From NCBI GenBank assembly GCA_964531335.1, contig CAZHEV010000012.1:34866-98865 (forward strand): a stretch of 64,000 nucleotides of DNA, read 5' to 3'. This document shows positions 45,057 to 54,180 of this stretch, piece by piece (within the stretch, counting starts at the first letter, position 1; the number at the start of each line of letters is the position of its first letter). Origin of the DNA: an uncultured bacterium (GTDB lineage: Bacteria; Eisenbacteria; RBG-16-71-46; CAZHEV01). Position numbers and translations under genes: made by a program. A model generated the notes under the pieces. That model worked only from the letters and a program-made list of their open reading frames with translations. It ran no database searches and had not been told where the DNA came from.

Positions 45057-48000
45057 TGGGAACTAGGATCGATATGGATGCGCCGCTACAGCGGCTGGTA
45101 ACCTTGCTGAAGAACCTCGAGGAGGGAGCGATAATCTTTGCCGTCTATGATATGGCGGACGTTCCAGGTCGAGCTATCGGAGCTCTCAGAGCCCTGCTGG
45201 AGGGCCGCGTTCTGGAGCTCCGCATCGACAGGGAGCACAGAAACCCCGTCGATCTGGTTCGTTCTGCTGATGCGCGAAAGGGCGACGTGCTTTGCGTCCT
45301 GAACCTGGAGGAGGGCTTTCCGGACGCATTGGGCTATCTGGATCTTCAGCGGGAGGAGCTATTGGAATTCGGTGTGCCGGTCGTGATCTGGGTGACGCCG
45401 CACGAGCACCGCGAAGTAATAAGAAGAGCCCCGAACCTATACAGGTTCAGGAAAACGCTTGTGGACTTCAGGAGGGCCGGCTCCGAGGGACCACTTGAAT
45501 CCCGATCCGTACCCAAGGTCTTCATCTCGTCGACTGTAGAGGATCTGCGGCCGTATCGCGAGGCGGCGCGGGACGCGGCCATCAACGCGGGCTTCTTCCC
45601 TGTGATGATGGAGTATTTCACGGCCGTCGGCAGACCCCCGCTCGATGAGTGCATGGGCAAAGTGTCCGAGGCCCACCTGGTCGTAGTTATCCTCGCGCAT
45701 CGCTACGGGTGGGTCCCGGATGACCAGCCGGCCGGTGGAGACAAGAGTATCACCTGGCTTGAATGTGAGAGGGCGGAGCAGGAAGGCAAGGAGGTCCTGG
45801 CGTTTATCGTCGATGACGCCCGGAGTTGGCCCGAGGAGCGCCGAGAGGAGCACGATCTGGCTGTCGCCGCGAGAGAGAGCAAAGCGACCCCTGAGTTGCT
45901 GGAGAGGGTCCAGACAAGAGTTGCACGCCTGAGGCAGTTCAAGCGCTGGCTGGACGGCCGCGGGGTGCGCGTGACATTCACGACGCCCGAGGACCTGCAC
46001 GGGAAGATCTCGAATGCCCTGCACGCCTGGAGAAGCCGACATCCGGGCTTGGCCCAGAGTGCGGCCAAAACGCCCGCCCTGCCCGCCGACCCTGCGCGGT
46101 ATCTGAAGTACGTTCGGGAACAGACGGCGTACATAGACATCCGAGGGCTTCAGGTGGGCAGCGGCAAGGTCTTCCGATTTCCCATAGAGGACCTCTATAT
46201 CACTCTCACGACCACGGCCTCCGCGGAGACGGCTAAAGAGGAGAAGCGCAAGGGCAGGAAGGCGCGCGATGAGGCGGACCCCATGATGTCTCGCAGGGAC
46301 TCGTCCGTTCCTCTTCACAAGGCCCTGGCGAAGCGCCGGCTCGTGGTGGTCGGCGATCCCGGCTCCGGCAAGACGACGTTTCTGAGACGCGTCGCGTCCA
46401 CGCTTTCCCAGACGGCGCTCGGCGAGGTTCCCGACGCGGCGAAGAGTCGGCTGGGTCTGGCGGGAAAGCCGCTTCCGGTATTCGTCCGGCTGGTAGAGCT
46501 CGCCGAGCACATCGAGGAGAGTCGCCGCGTCCACGGCGGTCGGCGTCCATTGGCTCGCGACGCCGCTCGATGGCTGCCGCACTTTCTGGCATCCACAACC
46601 GAGGACGGGGGGCATGGGCTTGACGAGGAGTACTTCCGGGAACGCTTGGAGAAAGGCGATTGCGCGATCCTTCTCGACGGGTTGGACGAGGTCCCCACCC
46701 GTCCTTCTCGCGAGGGGATGTCCCGGCTCATAGAAAGGCTGGCCGGCGCCTATAAGGGCTGCATCCTCGTGGTCACCAGCCGCCCCGCCGCGTACACGGG
46801 GGAGACGGTGCTCCCCGGCTTTACACACGCGCGGATCGAATCGCTCGAAGAAGAAGCAATCGCAACCTTCCTCGGGAAGTGGTCGGGCGCTCTCTGTCCT
46901 GAGAGCCCCGGCGAGGCCGAACGCCACCGCGACGAGCTTGCGGGGGCTCTGACAAGCCGCCCGGAGATAAAGCGCATGGCGCGGAACCCGGTGATGCTCA
47001 CGGCGCTTGCCGTGGTCCATTGGAACGAGAGGCGGCTCCCGGAGCAGAGGGCGGATCTCTACCAGTCGATCATAAGATGGCTGTCCAGATCCCGCGAGCA
47101 GCGCTCTGAGAGGCTCCCCTCGGACAGATGTGTCGCCGTGTTGCAGGAGCTCGCCCTGGCCATGCAGAGTCACCCCGAAGGCCGCCAGGTCCAGGTGACG
47201 AGGCGATGGGCGGCGGAGGCGATCGCCGTCGAGCTCACCGGCGAGGGAGCGCAGCGCGCCGTGGCGGAGGCGCCCTCGGTGCGCGAGACCGCAAGATATG
47301 GCGCAGATGACATGAAGCCCGCGGGCGAGCCGTCGAGGCACGCCATAGAGCTGGCAGAACGCTTCCTCGAGGAGGAGGAGCAAGACAGCGGGATAGTGGT
47401 AGGCCGCGGAAACGAGATCCGCTTCTGGCATCTCACCTTTCAGGAATACCTGGCGGCGCGGGCTATTGCCGCCCGCTCCGAGGCGGAGCAGAAGGCGCTA
47501 CTTTTCGGCGATAGTGACAGAATCCACCGCCCCGACTGGCGCGAGGTCGTCCTGCTGCTGACTGGGGTGTTGCACCAGCAGGGCAGACAAAAGGTGGATG
47601 GGTTCGTATCCCAGGCGCTCGACATGATCGGAGAGAGGCCGAGCCTCTCCCGTCAGGCGCGGTGCGCCGGTCTTCTGGGCGCCCTTCTCCGCGATCTGGC
47701 CCCCCTGGACTATAGGATTTCCGACGCAAGATATCCGAAGCTCCTCGATACGGTCATGGGCGTATTCGACGCGAAGCGCTCGAGGTCGGTTTCCATTGAG
47801 GAGCGCGTCGAGGCGGCGGAGGCGCTGGGCCAGGCGGGCGACCCCCGACTGAACATGAACGATCCCGATCGCTGGATACACATACCCAAGAAGCCCTTCC
47901 TCATGGGAGCTCAGAAAAAGGATCCAACGAAGCCCGGTTACGATCCGGGGGCTGACGATGACGAGGCGCCGGTGAGGACAGTAAACCTCGATGCCTACCG

Positions 48001-48598
48001 GATCGGGCGCTACCCGGTGACGGTGGAGGAGTACGAGCGGTTCGTCGAGCACGGGGGCTACGAGGAGAAGCGTTGGTGGAAGGAGGGGGGCTTCGGGCAG
48101 TTCGCCGAGCCGGGGGACTGGGAAGAACAGCTCGCACACCCCAATCGCCCTGTTGTGGGTGTGAGTTGGTATGAGGCGGCTGCGTACGCGGCGTGGGCGG
48201 GGTGCGGGCTTCCCACGGAGGCTCAGTGGGAGAGGGCGGCCAGGGGCACGGACGGCCGAAAGTACCCCTGGGGGGACGATCCGCCCGATCCCGCCAGATG
48301 CAATTACGAAGAGACCAGGCTTGGACGCGCGACGCCCGTGGGTGTCTTCCCGCTGGGCGCGACACCGGAGGGCGTTTGCGACATGGCCGGAAACGTCTGG
48401 GAGTGGTGTCAAGATTGGTACAGTGAGGCATACGAGCCCGGCCGGCTTGACAACCCTCGGGGGCCTGACAGAGGGACACTTCGTGTTCTGCGCGGCGGTT
48501 CCTGGGGCTATGTATCGTGGAACTTGCGCGCCGCCATTCGCGGCGGGGGCAACCCCGGCGACCGGCTCGACGACCTGGGGTTTCGGGTTGTCTTGTGA
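45056..48598 (+). CDS. DGR target 2: NLR-like STAND NTPase (unknown N-module, DUF4062, NACHT, HEAT-like linker, C-terminal FGE-type C-type-lectin fold carrying VR2)
   Basis: ORF 45017-48598. ATG 45056 overlaps the upstream stop (ATGA). The DUF4062-like region KVFISSTVEDLRPYREAARDAAINAGFFPVMMEYF...ILAHRYGWVP...ITWLECERA...VLAFIVDD spans about 45515-45830. Walker A GDPGSGKTT is at 46352-46378 and Walker B ILLDGLDE at 46667-46690. The FGE-like domain spans about 47873-48595 and ends ...RGGSWGYVSWNLRAAIRGGGNPGDRLDDLGFRVVL. Confidence 0.93.
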   Translation: MGTRIDMDAPLQRLVTLLKNLEEGAIIFAVYDMADVPGRAIGALRALLEGRVLELRIDREHRNPVDLVRSADARKGDVLCVLNLEEGFPDALGYLDLQREELLEFGVPVVIWVTPHEHREVIRRAPNLYRFRKTLVDFRRAGSEGPLESRSVPKVFISSTVEDLRPYREAARDAAINAGFFPVMMEYFTAVGRPPLDECMGKVSEAHLVVVILAHRYGWVPDDQPAGGDKSITWLECERAEQEGKEVLAFIVDDARSWPEERREEHDLAVAARESKATPELLERVQTRVARLRQFKRWLDGRGVRVTFTTPEDLHGKISNALHAWRSRHPGLAQSAAKTPALPADPARYLKYVREQTAYIDIRGLQVGSGKVFRFPIEDLYITLTTTASAETAKEEKRKGRKARDEADPMMSRRDSSVPLHKALAKRRLVVVGDPGSGKTTFLRRVASTLSQTALGEVPDAAKSRLGLAGKPLPVFVRLVELAEHIEESRRVHGGRRPLARDAARWLPHFLASTTEDGGHGLDEEYFRERLEKGDCAILLDGLDEVPTRPSREGMSRLIERLAGAYKGCILVVTSRPAAYTGETVLPGFTHARIESLEEEAIATFLGKWSGALCPESPGEAERHRDELAGALTSRPEIKRMARNPVMLTALAVVHWNERRLPEQRADLYQSIIRWLSRSREQRSERLPSDRCVAVLQELALAMQSHPEGRQVQVTRRWAAEAIAVELTGEGAQRAVAEAPSVRETARYGADDMKPAGEPSRHAIELAERFLEEEEQDSGIVVGRGNEIRFWHLTFQEYLAARAIAARSEAEQKALLFGDSDRIHRPDWREVVLLLTGVLHQQGRQKVDGFVSQALDMIGERPSLSRQARCAGLLGALLRDLAPLDYRISDARYPKLLDTVMGVFDAKRSRSVSIEERVEAAEALGQAGDPRLNMNDPDRWIHIPKKPFLMGAQKKDPTKPGYDPGADDDEAPVRTVNLDAYRIGRYPVTVEEYERFVEHGGYEEKRWWKEGGFGQFAEPGDWEEQLAHPNRPVVGVSWYEAAAYAAWAGCGLPTEAQWERAARGTDGRKYPWGDDPPDPARCNYEETRLGRATPVGVFPLGATPEGVCDMAGNVWEWCQDWYSEAYEPGRLDNPRGPDRGTLRVLRGGSWGYVSWNLRAAIRGGGNPGDRLDDLGFRVVL

Positions 48599-48615
48599 AT
48601 TGGCGTCAGGACTCC
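48482..48615 (+). repeat. DGR variable repeat 2 (VR2) plus IMH-like 3' end
   Basis: Aligns to TR 43428-43561 at offset 5054. There are 19 differences, all at TR adenines (hand alignment). It includes the target 2 stop codon at 48596-48598. Confidence 0.92.
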
Positions 48616-48967
48616 GTAACGGTTTAGCCCCTTTACAGGTCCGCCGGGCACGCGCCCTCACGTCCGGGGAGCACGGCACGTCTCCGAGTTGTCCACCCGG
48701 CCGCCCCCGCTTGTACCATCTCGTAGCCTGTGCTAACATAATCTCGGTAATTGGCGGAGGCAAGCAGGGTGAGAGCTGGATGACCTCCTCACAGGATTGG
48801 TTTGGTTCCTCACGGCCTGGGCCGGACGTGGCCTGGCCCTGGCCGCAACGAACTTTGCCTTACACTTTCACTCGAGCCCTGACGATTTTGGACTTCTGGC
48901 GTTGTCCCGGCGCCGCCGCTCGCGGCGGCGGCCCTGAGATCGGATTACCCCAGGGCGAAAAGGACGT

Positions 48968-49939
48968 ATGCGAGTTTTTGTAACCGGCGTGTCAGGCTTC
49001 GCCGGAAGCCACCTGGCGGAGCTCCTTCTTGCCGGCGGGCATGAGGTTCACGGCTTTACGGACGATCCGTCCCTCGACGACAATCTTGCGCCGCTTGCGG
49101 GCCGCGTGAAGATCTCGAAGGGCGACATCCGCGATCGCCGGGCTGTCCGCTCGGCTCTCTCCGAGGCGAGACCGGAAAGAATATACCATCTGGCCGCGGT
49201 CACCCCGGGCAGGGGCCACCCGAAGGACGAGCTTTTCTGGGAGGTCAACGTGGGCGGCACGGCGATCCTGCTCGATGAGGCCTCGCGGCTGGAGCGGGTC
49301 AAGGTCTTGGTGGCCGGATCGAGCGCCGAGTACGGCCTGATCCCCAGGAAGGACAATCCCCTCACGGAGGCGGCGGAGCTTCGCCCCATGGGGGTGTACG
49401 CGGTCAGCAAGGCGGCTCAGACGCTCCTGGCCTTCTCATACTGGGCCCATCAGGGAGTATGGGTTGTAAGGACCCGGGCGTTCAACCACACGGGGCCGCG
49501 CGAGGACACAGGCTTTGTCTCGTCCACCTTCGCGCGGCAGGTGGCCGCGGCGGAGGCCGGCGCCGCCGAGCCCGTGATTCGGGTTGGCAATCTTAGCGCC
49601 TACAGGGACATAGCCGACGTTAGGGACATAGTGAGGGGCTACGTCGCCGCCCTGGAAGGGGGTAGGGCCGGAGCCCTGTACAATATTTGCTCGGGCATCC
49701 CCACGCAGGTCCGGGAGGTTCTGGACAGGCTGGTTGCCATGTCCGAGAGGCCGCTCAGGGTTGAGGTGGACCGGGATAGGCTGAGGCCCTCGGATCTGCC
49801 CTTCCAGCAGGGCGACTCGTCCCTTCTCGAGAAGGAGACCGGCTGGAAGCCCGAGATCCCCCTGGAGAGGACCATCGGGGACCTACTCGAGTACTGGAGG
49901 CTAAGGTTAAGAAAAGAAACGGGATCAACACGCCGATAA
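48968..49939 (+). CDS. NAD-dependent nucleotide-sugar epimerase/dehydratase/reductase (SDR; GDP-4-keto-6-deoxymannose reductase-like)
   Basis: A 323-aa ORF with MRVFVTGVSGFAGSHLAELL and GVYAVSK (YxxxK). Confidence 0.85.
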   Translation: MRVFVTGVSGFAGSHLAELLLAGGHEVHGFTDDPSLDDNLAPLAGRVKISKGDIRDRRAVRSALSEARPERIYHLAAVTPGRGHPKDELFWEVNVGGTAILLDEASRLERVKVLVAGSSAEYGLIPRKDNPLTEAAELRPMGVYAVSKAAQTLLAFSYWAHQGVWVVRTRAFNHTGPREDTGFVSSTFARQVAAAEAGAAEPVIRVGNLSAYRDIADVRDIVRGYVAALEGGRAGALYNICSGIPTQVREVLDRLVAMSERPLRVEVDRDRLRPSDLPFQQGDSSLLEKETGWKPEIPLERTIGDLLEYWRLRLRKETGSTRR

Positions 49940-49968
49940 CGTAGGAAACCTCGGGAATAGGAGGGGCG

Positions 49969-50958
49969 ATGGACTGGTCTGGGATCAAGGTGCTGGTTAC
50001 GGGAGCCGGCGGCTTCATCGGAAGCCATCTTACCGAGCGTCTGGTCGCCGAGGGCGCTTCGGTGAGGGCCTTTGTCCGGTACAACTCAAAGGGCTACAGG
50101 GGATTCATCGATGATTTCCCCCCGCAGGTCATGGAGGCCCTGGAGGTGGTCGCGGGCGATCTGGGAGACTCGGATGCGGTGTACCGCGCCATGGAGGGCG
50201 TCGAGTACGTCTTCCATCTCGGGGCCCTTATAGCCATCCCTTACTCCTATGTCCATCCAAGGGACGTCGTCAAGACGAACGTGATGGGAACGCTGAACGT
50301 GCTGTCGGGCTGCCGCGACCACGGCGTCAAGAGGCTCGTGCACACGTCGACGAGCGAAGTGTACGGGACGGCGCAGTACGTCCCGATCGACGAGAAGCAC
50401 CCCCTCGTGGGACAGTCGCCTTACTCGGCCAGCAAGATAGCGGCTGATCAGATAGCGGAGAGCTTTTACCGGTCCTTCGACGTGCCCGTCGCGACGCTGC
50501 GACCGTTCAACACCTACGGGCCGCGCCAGTCGGCGAGGGCGGTAATCCCGTCGGTCATCAGCCAGGCGATAGGAAGGGACGTGGTCCAGGTGGGCGCGAT
50601 GCACCCCGTGAGGGATCTCACTTTCGTCTCCGATACGGTGCAGGGGTTTCTGCTGACCGCGGAGCGGGACGAGGCGGTCGGGGTGGTGACGAACCTCGGC
50701 TGGGGTACCGGCATCTCGGTCAAGGATCTCGTGGAGAAGATAGTGTCCATCGTCGGCAGGAAGGTGGAGGTCATGTTCGACGCCACCAGGCTCAGGCCCG
50801 CGAAGAGCGAGGTGGACAGGCTAATCGCCGACAGCACCCAGGCGAAGGCCAGGTTGGGCTGGGAGCCCAAGGTGGAGCTCGACGAAGGTCTCAGGCAGAC
50901 GGTGAAGTGGATCAGCGAGCACTTCGACATTTACAGTCCCTCGACGTACGCTGTCTAG
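49969..50958 (+). CDS. NAD-dependent nucleotide-sugar 4,6-dehydratase/epimerase (extended SDR)
   Basis: A 329-aa ORF with GAGGFIGSH, TSTSEVYG, YSASK and RPFNTYGPRQ. GGAGG lies upstream. Confidence 0.88.
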   Translation: MDWSGIKVLVTGAGGFIGSHLTERLVAEGASVRAFVRYNSKGYRGFIDDFPPQVMEALEVVAGDLGDSDAVYRAMEGVEYVFHLGALIAIPYSYVHPRDVVKTNVMGTLNVLSGCRDHGVKRLVHTSTSEVYGTAQYVPIDEKHPLVGQSPYSASKIAADQIAESFYRSFDVPVATLRPFNTYGPRQSARAVIPSVISQAIGRDVVQVGAMHPVRDLTFVSDTVQGFLLTAERDEAVGVVTNLGWGTGISVKDLVEKIVSIVGRKVEVMFDATRLRPAKSEVDRLIADSTQAKARLGWEPKVELDEGLRQTVKWISEHFDIYSPSTYAV

Positions 50959-50974
50959 GGGCCGGCTGCGGGAT

Positions 50975-51676
50975 GTGCCAATGGATGCTGTAGTCATGGC
51001 GGGCGGTAAAGGGACCAGGCTGCGGCCCCTTACATACGCGATACCCAAGCCGCTGCTTCCGGTGGGGGAGCGGCCCATACTGGAAATACTGCTCGGCCAG
51101 CTCAAGAAGAGCGGGTTCACGCGCGTGTACGTAAGCATCGGGTACAAGGGCGATCTCATAAGATCATATCTGGGCGACGGCTCGCGCCTGGGCGTTTCCG
51201 TGGAGTACGTGGACGAGCCGGAGGCTCTGGGGACGGCGGGCGCCCTGGCGCTCATAAAGGACCGTCTCAAGAGCCCGTTTCTGATGGCAAACGGGGATAT
51301 CTTGACGAAGCTCGACTTCGACAGGTTCTACGCCGAGCATGTTTCGGAGGGCGCGGCGATGACGGTGGGCTGCATCGAGTACAAGGTGCAGATCCCGTTC
51401 GGAGTCGTGAAAAGCGACAACGGTCTCGTGCGTGGAATAGCGGAGAAACCGACAACGACGCACCTGGTGGCCTCGGGCATATACGTGCTGAGCCCGGAGG
51501 CGCTGGAAGCCTTGGGCGCCCCCGAGCGCCTGGACGTCCCGGACCTCATGCTGGGCCTGGTCAGGCGCGGCAAGAAGGTGCGCACCCACGTTATCACGGA
51601 GCCCTGGCTGGACGTCGGAAAGATGAGCGACTACGAAAGGGCGACGCAAGAAGCGGCCTCATGGGGAGGCGTTTGA
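50975..51676 (+). CDS. sugar-phosphate nucleotidyltransferase
   Basis: A 233-aa ORF with the MAGGKGTRLRPLTYAIPKPLLPV signature. Confidence 0.9.
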   Translation: MPMDAVVMAGGKGTRLRPLTYAIPKPLLPVGERPILEILLGQLKKSGFTRVYVSIGYKGDLIRSYLGDGSRLGVSVEYVDEPEALGTAGALALIKDRLKSPFLMANGDILTKLDFDRFYAEHVSEGAAMTVGCIEYKVQIPFGVVKSDNGLVRGIAEKPTTTHLVASGIYVLSPEALEALGAPERLDVPDLMLGLVRRGKKVRTHVITEPWLDVGKMSDYERATQEAASWGGV

Positions 51677-51678
51677 GA

Positions 51679-52995
51679 ATGAGGATATCCGTGTTCGGAC
51701 TCGGATACGTCGGCTGCGTCAGCTCGGCATGCCTGGCCGATCAGGGGCACGAGGTCATAGGCGTAGACATAAGCGAGTTCAAGGTGGACGCGATAAAGGC
51801 CGGCAGGAGCCCGATCATAGAGAAGGGGCTCGACGAATTGATTTCGCGGGCCGTCGAGCGGGGAAGCCTGACCGCCACCGCAGACGTCAGGGGGGCCGTC
51901 GCCGGCACGGAGCTCTCGCTCATATGCGTGGGGACCCCGAGTGGGGGGAGCGGCGAGATAGACATGAGCTACGTCTATCGAGTGGCCGGGAGCATAGGCG
52001 CGGCATTGAAGGATAAGGCGGACTTTCACGCCGTGGTCTTCAGGAGCACGATGCTGCCCGGTTCCATGGAGGGAGAGGTGATCCCGCGACTTCTGGAGGC
52101 TTCGTCCCGCGGGCTGGGGGGCGGCATCGGCGTGGGCTACAACCCCGAGTTCCTGAGGGAGGGAAGCGCGGTCAAGGACTTCTTCAATCCGCCTCTGACC
52201 GTGATCGCGGTCACCGACCAGGCGACGAAGGAATGCGTCCGGCGCGCGTACGGCTTCGTTGGCGCGCCCTTCATAGTCACCGACATGAAGTCGGCCGAGA
52301 TGATCAAGTACGTAAACAACGCTTTTCACGCACTGAAGGTGGCCTTCGCGAACGAGATCGGAACGATTTGCAAGCACGAGGGCATCGACGGCCGCGAGGT
52401 GATGCGGCTGTTCTGCATGGACGACAAGCTGAACCTTTCGGCGACGTATCTTCAACCCGGCTTCGCTTTCGGGGGAAGCTGTCTGCCGAAGGATCTCAAG
52501 GCGCTTTCCGGGCGAATCAAGAGCGCGCAGATATCCGCCCCCGTGCTGAGATCGGTCCTGCGCAGCAACGAAGATCACATAGAGCGGGCCACCAAGCTGA
52601 TAGAAGGAGCGGGGGGCAAGAAGGTGGGCATCCTCGGTTTGAGCTTCAAGGCGGAAACCGACGACGTGCGCGGAAGCCCCGTGGTCAAGATAATAGAGAC
52701 CCTGGTCGGCAAGGGCTACGAGGTCTCCGTTTACGATTCCAACGTCGATCTCAGCCGGATAATGGGCACCAACCGGCGGTTCCTCGAAGAGGAGGTGCCG
52801 TACCTGCCCTCGATACTGAGATCGTCCCCCGGCGAGATCACGTCCTCGTGTGACGTGATAGTGGTGGCTAACAAGAGCCTGGAATTCAAGGACATCGCGG
52901 CCGCGACGCGGCCCGAGCAGACGCTCGTTGATATAGTCGGCATCTTAGAGGACGGGTCGGGACTGAAAGGCAGGTACATTGGCATCTGCTGGTAA
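51679..52995 (+). CDS. nucleotide-sugar 6-dehydrogenase (GDP-mannose/UDP-glucose dehydrogenase family, AlgD-like N-terminus)
   Basis: ORF 51661-52995. MRISVFGLGYVGCVSSACLADQGHEVIGVD begins at 51679. The catalytic Cys motif GGSCLPKD is present. Confidence 0.92.
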   Translation: MRISVFGLGYVGCVSSACLADQGHEVIGVDISEFKVDAIKAGRSPIIEKGLDELISRAVERGSLTATADVRGAVAGTELSLICVGTPSGGSGEIDMSYVYRVAGSIGAALKDKADFHAVVFRSTMLPGSMEGEVIPRLLEASSRGLGGGIGVGYNPEFLREGSAVKDFFNPPLTVIAVTDQATKECVRRAYGFVGAPFIVTDMKSAEMIKYVNNAFHALKVAFANEIGTICKHEGIDGREVMRLFCMDDKLNLSATYLQPGFAFGGSCLPKDLKALSGRIKSAQISAPVLRSVLRSNEDHIERATKLIEGAGGKKVGILGLSFKAETDDVRGSPVVKIIETLVGKGYEVSVYDSNVDLSRIMGTNRRFLEEEVPYLPSILRSSPGEITSSCDVIVVANKSLEFKDIAAATRPEQTLVDIVGILEDGSGLKGRYIGICW

Positions 52996-52996
52996 G

Positions 52997-54172
52997 GTGC
53001 TCATACTGGTCGAGAATCTGACGGTTCCTTTCGACAGGCGCGTGTGGCTGGAGGCGCAGGCGCTGAGGGACGCGGGCTGGGAGGTGTCCGTGATATGTCC
53101 CAAGGGAGAGACCTACACGAAGTCCTTCGAGGTACTGGAAGGGGTCCGCATATACAGGTATCCGACCCCTCCGCCCACCAAGGGACTGGGCAGCTACATC
53201 TGGGAATTCGTCTACTGCTGGTTCATGACTGGCTGGCTCTCCCTAAGGGTGCATTTCGGAACCGGCTTCGACGTAATACACGCTTGCAATCCCCCGGACA
53301 CCTTCTTCGCGCTGGGAAGGTTCTACAAGATCTTCGGCAAGAAATTCATCTACGACCAGCACGACCTCTGTCCGGAGCTGTTTCTGGCGAGATTCAAGGC
53401 CCGGAAGAGAATCACGTACAAGATGCTGCTCGCTCTGGAGAAATGGACCTACGACACCGCGAATCTCGTCCTTTCCACGAACGAGTCGTACAAGAGAACG
53501 GCCACCGGCAGAGGCAAGGTGCCGCCGGAGGACGTTGTCGTCGTCAGGAGCGCTCCCGACATCAAGAGGTTCTCGCCCAAGGAGCCCGAAGAAGCCCTGA
53601 AGAAAGGCAAGAGATATCTTGTGTGCTATCTGGGAGTGATGGCGCCGCAGGACGGAGTGGACTACCTCATCCGTTCGGTGGATCACATAGTGAACACCAG
53701 GAAGAGGAGGGACGTCCATTTCGTACTCATAGGGTCGGGAGACAGCTACGACAATCTCCGGGAGCTGACGACCAGCCTGGGGCTGGACGACGTCGTCGAG
53801 TTCACGGGCAGGATCCCGGACAAGGACGTCGAGCGCTACCTGTCCACGGCCGAGGTCTGCGTCAGCCCGGACCCGAAAAACGATCTCAACGACGCCTCTA
53901 CCATGAACAAGATCTTGGAGTACATGGCCCTGGGCCGGTCTATCGTCGCCTTCGATTTGAAGGAGACCAGGTACTCGGCGGGGGAGGGCGCGCTTTACGC
54001 TAAGGCGAACGACTACAGGGACTTCGGCGACAAGATCGTCGAGCTGTTGGATGACGAGGATAAACGAGCAGCCATGGGTGAGCGCAACACCCGCAGGCTC
54101 AGCGAGTCGCTGTCCTGGGACAAGTCCAAGGAGCGACTGCTCGAAGCTTACGAGATAATCAAAAGGAAGTAG
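52997..54172 (+). CDS. glycosyltransferase family 4 (GT-B)
   Basis: ORF 52979-54172 (TTG). GTG 52997 gives (M)LILVENLTVPFDRRVW, typical of GT4 N-termini. The nucleotide-sugar-binding region is at the C-terminus (KILEYMALGRSIVAFD). Confidence 0.85.
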   Translation: MLILVENLTVPFDRRVWLEAQALRDAGWEVSVICPKGETYTKSFEVLEGVRIYRYPTPPPTKGLGSYIWEFVYCWFMTGWLSLRVHFGTGFDVIHACNPPDTFFALGRFYKIFGKKFIYDQHDLCPELFLARFKARKRITYKMLLALEKWTYDTANLVLSTNESYKRTATGRGKVPPEDVVVVRSAPDIKRFSPKEPEEALKKGKRYLVCYLGVMAPQDGVDYLIRSVDHIVNTRKRRDVHFVLIGSGDSYDNLRELTTSLGLDDVVEFTGRIPDKDVERYLSTAEVCVSPDPKNDLNDASTMNKILEYMALGRSIVAFDLKETRYSAGEGALYAKANDYRDFGDKIVELLDDEDKRAAMGERNTRRLSESLSWDKSKERLLEAYEIIKRK

Positions 54173-54180
54173 GAGTTGCT

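Larger units (their letters stand above)
38783..48615 (+). mobile_element. diversity-generating retroelement (DGR) locus: target1(VR1)-avd-RT-TR-ATPase-target2(VR2)
   Basis: There are three copies of a ~134-nt repeat. The two coding copies differ from the non-coding copy only at its adenines. An Avd-like ORF and a DGR-type RT lie between them, and all elements are on the + strand. Confidence 0.93.

Noticed and set aside
45437-47431. Very long antisense or off-frame ORFs. Examples are 45437-47431(-) 664 aa, 3668-5752(+) 694 aa, 565-1683(-), 12420-13691(-), 22580-24016(+), 24695-26038(+), 32124-33398(-), 34842-36383(+), 16048-17079(+) and 62328-63392(-).
   Set aside because: They lie opposite or out of frame to ORFs with clear family motifs. 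Their translations are Arg/Gly/Pro/Ala-rich low-complexity strings typical of stop-codon-poor high-GC DNA. None shows a recognisable motif or a plausible RBS.
41666-48615. The triple repeat considered as a CRISPR array or as IS terminal repeats.
   Set aside because: There are only three copies, separated by 1.6 and 4.9 kb. Two lie inside coding sequence in the same frame, and the differences are confined to adenines of one copy. No cas or transposase genes are adjacent.
48911-48930. The GC palindrome CGCCGCCGC-TC-GCGGCGGCG upstream of gene 48968, considered as a terminator for target 2.
   Set aside because: The loop is only 2 nt, there is no U-tract, and such GC palindromes are frequent in this composition. 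It is left unannotated.
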